A stretch of DNA of 64,000 bases, taken from the IMG/VR virus record IMGVR_UViG_3300048930_001385; one strand, written 5' to 3'. The notes under the pieces were generated by a model that did no database searches, had not been told where the DNA came from, and worked only from the letters and a program-made list of their open reading frames with translations. The translations under genes were made by a program, and so were the position numbers. The stretch comes from an uncultured virus (IMG/VR IMGVR_UViG_3300048930_001385) (Duplodnaviria > Heunggongvirae > Uroviricota > Caudoviricetes). Positions 59,426 through 64,000 of this stretch are shown piece by piece (the stretch's first letter is position 1; every line of letters starts with the position of its first letter).

Positions 59426-59473
59426 GCTGTAAATATAGCATGACAAGGGAAACCTGCCCTCAACAGCGACAAC

Positions 59474-59878
59474 TCAACCAGTCGCTGCCTTCAACTCCGC
59501 CAGCCGCGCCTTTACCTGCTTCTCCGCGTCCAGCAACAGGCGCTTTGCCTGCTTGATGCGCTCAAGCTCCTTCTTAGCGGTCTCAACGCTATCCTGCGCC
59601 CGCCACTCACAATAAGTAGGACTCAGCTGGAAGAAATTTGTATGCTCGTTCATGAACAGGCACGACTGCGAGGAGTGGTGATAAACGCCGACCTTGACAC
59701 CATTACGACCGCTGAGAGCACGGCCAGCCCCAGGGCCAGCGCCGTAGTAGTCTTCACGCAAGAAGCTACCTTCACGACTACGACCGTGGTGGAGAGTGCG
59801 GATATCCTCTAGCAGCTGCTTACCATCCAGCTCATGCAGGCAATCGGTATTAATAAGAACAGGGATAACATTACCCAT
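59474..59878 (-). CDS. hypothetical protein
   Basis: AAGGAG RBS. Confidence 0.7.
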   Translation of the reverse strand: MGNVIPVLINTDCLHELDGKQLLEDIRTLHHGRSREGSFLREDYYGAGPGAGRALSGRNGVKVGVYHHSSQSCLFMNEHTNFFQLSPTYCEWRAQDSVETAKKELERIKQAKRLLLDAEKQVKARLAELKAATG

Positions 59879-59961
59879 GGTAGCTCCTTATTTGCTTACT
59901 GAGCACTGTATCGGCGTGACTGGGTAGGGCCAGGAGGACAATCAGGTGGCCTCTGGACTAA

Positions 59962-60366
59962 CTAGCTATGCGACGCAGCATGCGCTGCTTCTCGCGCACG
60001 TTGGTCGTGTTCCGCATTACTGATTCCATCGCCCATCGGATGTGAGTCAAAATCGATCTCATGATCATTACGATCCGCGCCGGTGATTGCCCAGTTGATC
60101 CGTGCTGATGCGTCCTCGAACATCTGCCCAGCGTTCATATGTCCGGCTTCCACAGAGATATCGCGTGCCAGCTTGACAGCCTCGTGAGCCACAACAAGGA
60201 CTGATCGCCGCACGAGCACCATCTCCTCAAGGTGATCATCACGATCCAGCTGCGAAGCGCGCTGTCGGAGGTTACGAACCGCGTTCTCAATGCGATTACG
60301 GAGGTGCCATCGGGACTTCTCCTCGGCCTTCTCGCGAGCAATTTGTGCGTGAGTGTAAGTATCCAT
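59962..60366 (-). CDS. hypothetical protein, leaderless
   Basis: CGATA-N8-ATG. Confidence 0.7.
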   Translation of the reverse strand: MDTYTHAQIAREKAEEKSRWHLRNRIENAVRNLRQRASQLDRDDHLEEMVLVRRSVLVVAHEAVKLARDISVEAGHMNAGQMFEDASARINWAITGADRNDHEIDFDSHPMGDGISNAEHDQRAREAAHAASHS

Positions 60367-60609
60367 ACAGCTAGTATCGTCACCGTCGCTGACTTGAGGA
60401 GGACAACATCCTGGCCGTCAACAACTCATGTCGCATGGAGCCCAGCCGCATGTATCACACTCTGAACTGCTGTGGGCGCACTGATCAAGAGCCTCGCCAG
60501 CGCTATCGATCTCAACGCCACAGTCTACGCACTCAGCGGCTGCCTCGCCACCCTCGTTCATATTGTCACAGCACATCGTCGCTCCTTGTCAGCATCCTCT
60601 ACACTAATG

Positions 60610-61083
60610 TCATCGGTCAAGATACGTCGAACGTGAGGCCATCTTCTGGTCTGTTTCAAGTTCGGCTACCCACCACTCGCGAAGGGCGCGCACTTGTCTC
60701 CTGGTCGGAGGGCGTAAGTTGTTTTCATGCCCTTGCGCTACCAGCGCAGAGAATGTAGCCTCTAAGATCCCCGCAGTATCTGTTAACAGTTGATCTGGTT
60801 CGTTCATGAGCATATGGGCAAAATCTTGACCATGTTCGATATAGTAGCAAAAAGTTTTTGTCAGGTCCAACGCTGCCGCGTCACCAATACCAGGTACTTG
60901 AGCAAACTCCTGCTGGATGTGTCTATCGGAGAAAAACTCAACTCGGATGAAGACTCCCATATCTGGTTTGCGGCAGGATGATCCCCCGTGCAACCCTGTG
61001 TTAAGGCTCTGGGGCAGATTAGGGAGAATGGTATTTCTTATCCACGCTCGTCTCTCGTCGCAGTCCTTGCACACTAATACCAC
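60610..61083 (-). CDS. HhH (PGxG...REWW) family protein
   Basis: LPQSL, QVPGIGDAAA, NEPDQL, RPPTRRQVRALREWW. Confidence 0.8.
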   Translation of the reverse strand: MVLVCKDCDERRAWIRNTILPNLPQSLNTGLHGGSSCRKPDMGVFIRVEFFSDRHIQQEFAQVPGIGDAAALDLTKTFCYYIEHGQDFAHMLMNEPDQLLTDTAGILEATFSALVAQGHENNLRPPTRRQVRALREWWVAELETDQKMASRSTYLDR

Positions 61084-61721
61084 CGCCCGTGCCCGTAATA
61101 ACTAGCGCAGTCAAGACATTGTCTGAGGACGACGCTGCCCATGGGGTTGCCAGCGTTATCGGCGGGGTAGAAATAACTGGTGCGCAGATACTCTTCACCT
61201 GCTTTGATTATATGTTGATCCAGTCGGTAGCCGGTGTCGTGCTCGTAGTAGCCGGTGCACTCATGGTCTTTGCGGGCTCGGTGTTTGGAGCCATTCCAGT
61301 TATAGAACTCTCCAGGCTTGTGGACAATGCGAGGCACTCCACCGTGAGGAACAGACCACCACTCACGCAAGCTCTGAAAGCCCTTACGCTGGATCTTACC
61401 TCTTGAGTGGACATATGCTTGTTGCAGGTCAGGGTGACCCAGCGCAGTGCTAATCAAAAAACCAGTCTGGAGATCCTTGCGCATACACTCGGTGTAATGA
61501 CTCTGCAGTCGCGGCCCGATACCCTCAAGTTTGCCAAGCTCTTGGTAGATGACGCTTATTAAGCCATTGCGACCACGGCCCATGAACGTCTCGGCCAAGA
61601 TCCACCGCCATCCTCGGCTTCCACCATAAGGCATGATTGTCAATCTCTCACGGACACTATCTGGCAGGTCATCATAGACATCACTGATTAACCAGTTGTA
61701 ATATGCCTGATCTTGATCCAC
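61074..61721 (-). CDS. HhH family protein with a C-terminal Cys-containing extension
   Basis: LPDSVRE, KLEGIGPR, QSLREWW, then ARKDHEC...IKAGEEY...CLDC. Confidence 0.75.
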   Translation of the reverse strand: MDQDQAYYNWLISDVYDDLPDSVRERLTIMPYGGSRGWRWILAETFMGRGRNGLISVIYQELGKLEGIGPRLQSHYTECMRKDLQTGFLISTALGHPDLQQAYVHSRGKIQRKGFQSLREWWSVPHGGVPRIVHKPGEFYNWNGSKHRARKDHECTGYYEHDTGYRLDQHIIKAGEEYLRTSYFYPADNAGNPMGSVVLRQCLDCASYYGHGRWY

Positions 61722-61753
61722 GGTCTTAGTGTAGTCTATGCTTATGCCGCTGT

Positions 61754-62110
61754 CTAGCCAAGGTCCAGGGTTCGTTGGTGGTAGACAGCATGATAGAAAT
61801 TCATCGTCTCACCCTTCCGGCTCCACCGCATCCCCTTCTCCTCGCGCCAACCATTTTTAAGAAGGTACACCTTCATGTCTTTGCGACTCAGGAGTCGGAA
61901 TCGTGTACCCCGCGCGCAGACACTGCATTGACCCGAACTGTTTGTATGAAGGCTGTGACAGCACGAGCACAGGGATAAATCGTCCGATAACGAGACCTGG
62001 TTGCAAGCGCGGTAAGGAGCTCCATGCTCGCAGCATCCTTCTAGGTTTCGAACGCGCTCTTTGTAGTCGGTACTGATTTTGCCCTCAAGAATCTCTCGCT
62101 TAGTATACAT
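61754..62110 (-). CDS. Cys-rich hypothetical protein
   Basis: CEHG, CSCC, CSVC. Confidence 0.6.
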   Translation of the reverse strand: MYTKREILEGKISTDYKERVRNLEGCCEHGAPYRACNQVSLSDDLSLCSCCHSLHTNSSGQCSVCARGTRFRLLSRKDMKVYLLKNGWREEKGMRWSRKGETMNFYHAVYHQRTLDLG

Positions 62111-62182
62111 ATTTGTATCATGACGTTACCCAGAGGCGCTGTCAAGACTCAATCCAGCTCGCACACCCCATATAATTAGGAC

Positions 62183-63319
62183 ATGAGCAGAGGCAGAGGA
62201 CAAGGCGGTGATAGGATCGGTCTGCGTTATGACCCTGTCGGGTTTCGTGCGTGGTGGGAAACCGCAGATAGGGCCCAACGCAGAGAATATGTCTGGCCGC
62301 GTGATCTGTCCGGATCCGACTTGGGCGGACTAGATCTGTCTGGCATAGACTTATCCGGTGTGGATCTGAGTAGTGCCGATCTGCGTGATACTAATCTGAG
62401 CGGAGCCAAATTAGACCCTAACCGCACGCAAGGGGTTCTTTGGAACCATGCAACTCGTTTTGATAATAGCTACCTCCTACACGATCAGTGTCCGATTAAT
62501 CTTGCTGATTATCGTTTAGCACAATCAACTCCGACTGAAATTTTTACTGACGACAACGGCGACTATGTTAAAAGGTGGCTTGACCGCAACGGACTCATGC
62601 ACCGTATTGATGGACCGGCAGAAATCATTGAGGAAACGAATACTCATGACAAGCGCATACATTACACCTGGTATCGTCATGGCCAGTGTCATCGTGACAA
62701 CGACGAACCTGCTGATATTGTTGAAAAGGATGGGGTGGTTATTGAGAGACATTGGTTTACTGATGACGTACACCACCGTGAAGTCGGCCCTGCAGAGATA
62801 GTTGAGGACGAGGAAGGGGTACTTGAGTCCTGGATGTATCATGGCGTAGCGCATCGTCCAGACGGCGGCCCAACCCTGATTAACCGCACGCGAGCAGGTC
62901 AGCTGCTCAATAGATCATATTCTCATCAAGGCGGAACACACCGTGACGAGGGGCCTGCTCGTGAAGAATGGAATGAGCAGGGAGTGAAAATCAAGGAGGA
63001 GTGGTGGCAGCATCGCCAGCTCCACCGTGAGGATGCTCCCGCGAGAACTCTCTGGAATGACCAGGGGGAGATTGAGCGCGAGATCTGGTGCTGTCAGGGC
63101 AGAGTGTCAAGAGACGATGGGCCTGCTGAAATTCATTACTACCCGAACGGTATTGTTAAGAGTGAGGTGTGGCGTCGGGGTGGGGTATACCATCGGGAGA
63201 ATGGTCCGGCGGAGATTCTCTACACACCTGAAGGAAATAAGCAATCCGAACGATGGGCTCTGAATGGTGAGTATTATGCTGGAGGACCAAACGGTGAACT
63301 CAGGCGAGATTATTATTAA
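62183..63319 (+). CDS. pentapeptide-repeat plus HRxDGPA-repeat protein
   Basis: SDLGG LDLSG IDLSG VDLSS ADLRD; about eight HRxxGPA-like units; TATAAT 6 nt before ATG. Confidence 0.85.
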   Translation: MSRGRGQGGDRIGLRYDPVGFRAWWETADRAQRREYVWPRDLSGSDLGGLDLSGIDLSGVDLSSADLRDTNLSGAKLDPNRTQGVLWNHATRFDNSYLLHDQCPINLADYRLAQSTPTEIFTDDNGDYVKRWLDRNGLMHRIDGPAEIIEETNTHDKRIHYTWYRHGQCHRDNDEPADIVEKDGVVIERHWFTDDVHHREVGPAEIVEDEEGVLESWMYHGVAHRPDGGPTLINRTRAGQLLNRSYSHQGGTHRDEGPAREEWNEQGVKIKEEWWQHRQLHREDAPARTLWNDQGEIEREIWCCQGRVSRDDGPAEIHYYPNGIVKSEVWRRGGVYHRENGPAEILYTPEGNKQSERWALNGEYYAGGPNGELRRDYY

Positions 63320-63330
63320 CACTGACTAGT

Positions 63331-63627
63331 TCAGTCAATCACCCAGTGACGACACCACTTACTGTTGATCTCTTCAAACGGATAAGAGAGCAATTCGGGG
63401 GCCTCGGGGTCAAACTGACGTGCGGTGCCGTCATACACGATTCCATCAACCAGGGTTACGTAGTGACTAATACACCGGCTCAGTCCCTTCTCAAAGAACT
63501 CTTGCCACCTCTCATCGACTCGTTCGGGGTCAACGTCAACAGGGTCAGCGACCTGTACCAGCTGACCGCCATTCGCATCGGCCCAAGCTCTTGCCCAATC
63601 GTAGCACCTGTCAAAACCATTATCCAT
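63331..63627 (-). CDS. putative papain/transglutaminase-fold protein, leaderless
   Basis: RCYDWA...SHYV...VYDGTARQF. Confidence 0.55.
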   Translation of the reverse strand: MDNGFDRCYDWARAWADANGGQLVQVADPVDVDPERVDERWQEFFEKGLSRCISHYVTLVDGIVYDGTARQFDPEAPELLSYPFEEINSKWCRHWVID

Positions 63628-63668
63628 AACGTAGATATCGGCCTCTGCGAGAATGTTCTTGAGGCCAA

Positions 63669-63929
63669 CTACTCGCTTGCAAGAAGCTGGAGTCGCTCGC
63701 CGAGTGCGATAATGCTCTGCCGGATCGGCTCCTTGTCAGTGATACCATGCGCTAAGAGGTCGTGCTTCTCTAGCCATTCTAGGAATGGATCAACAAGGGG
63801 CAGATATTTTGTCGCCAGTCGCTTCGCACGCGGCATATTCTCGTCTGGTGTCCAGTGGAGGCTTCCAGCATTATCAATATAGTCCACGAGTTTTACAAGG
63901 TAGGTGCCACTGTCAGAAGCGATCTTCAC
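63669..63929 (-). CDS. 3' part of an ORF, possibly HD/RelA-like hydrolase C-terminus
   Basis: LVKL.D.IDN...KY.PL; start may lie beyond the window. Confidence 0.4.
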   Translation of the reverse strand: MKIASDSGTYLVKLVDYIDNAGSLHWTPDENMPRAKRLATKYLPLVDPFLEWLEKHDLLAHGITDKEPIRQSIIALGERLQLLASE

Positions 63930-64000
63930 GACTACTCGGCGACAATATTCAGCGAAGGACTATTTATGATAAATTCACACATATTTGCGCTGAAAAAACG

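Larger units (their letters stand above)
101..63667 (-). promoter_or_regulatory. Dispersed family (~115-120 copies) of sigma28-like promoters with an upstream inverted repeat
   Basis: + strand form TATCGGC-N15-CTTGAGG[CA]CA-N5/6-TG[GT]CC at e.g. 2758, 3194, 4874, 6270, 12677, 13039, 15572, 18440, 22551, 30139, 41868, 45461, 53786, 63635; always upstream of minus-strand ORFs or tRNAs. Confidence 0.9.

Noticed and set aside
101..63667. The repeated element as a CRISPR array
   Set aside because: Copies are degenerate with variable internal spacers and are separated by whole genes of variable length; no cas genes were seen
101..63667. Classical integron attC cassette array
   Set aside because: I saw no RYYYAAC...GTTRRRY boxes or long attC hairpins and no tyrosine recombinase in the window; the element has promoter geometry with fixed spacing to ATG

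Overview
The window looks like the accessory or early region of a large (probably jumbo) phage or phage-like element. The host is plausibly a high-GC actinobacterium; this is inferred from leaderless genes, CCA-less tRNAs and gene content. No structural, replication or integrase genes were recognised. About 140 short ORFs are present, nearly all on the minus strand. The dominant structure is one ~45-bp element repeated roughly 115-120 times (manual count), always in the same orientation. On the minus strand it reads GG[CA]CA-N5/6-TG[GT]CC TCAAG-N15-GCCGATA, i.e. an inverted repeat abutting a sigma28/FliA/WhiG-like promoter. It sits in front of most genes and tRNAs, dividing the region into single-gene cassettes. 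Transcripts are either leaderless (CGATA-N8-ATG) or carry a shared GGGCAAGGGAGG stem-loop leader. Cassettes recur at dispersed sites, some are flanked by near-identical element copies, and some have decayed into chimeric remnants, which suggests repeat-mediated shuffling. Interspersed blocks lack the element and use sigma70-type TGnTAnnnT promoters. These hold a 17-member helix-hairpin-helix (PGxG...REWW) paralogue family and HRxDGPA-repeat proteins. Other features: four tRNAs (Leu-TAG, Pro-TGG, Arg-CCT, Leu-TAA), one tRNA-like RNA with an elongated anticodon arm, a deoxynucleoside kinase, a secreted HNH nuclease, an AI-2E transporter, a CPBP protease, and GNAT-like and ParB-like proteins. Family names come from motif recognition by eye, not from database searches.
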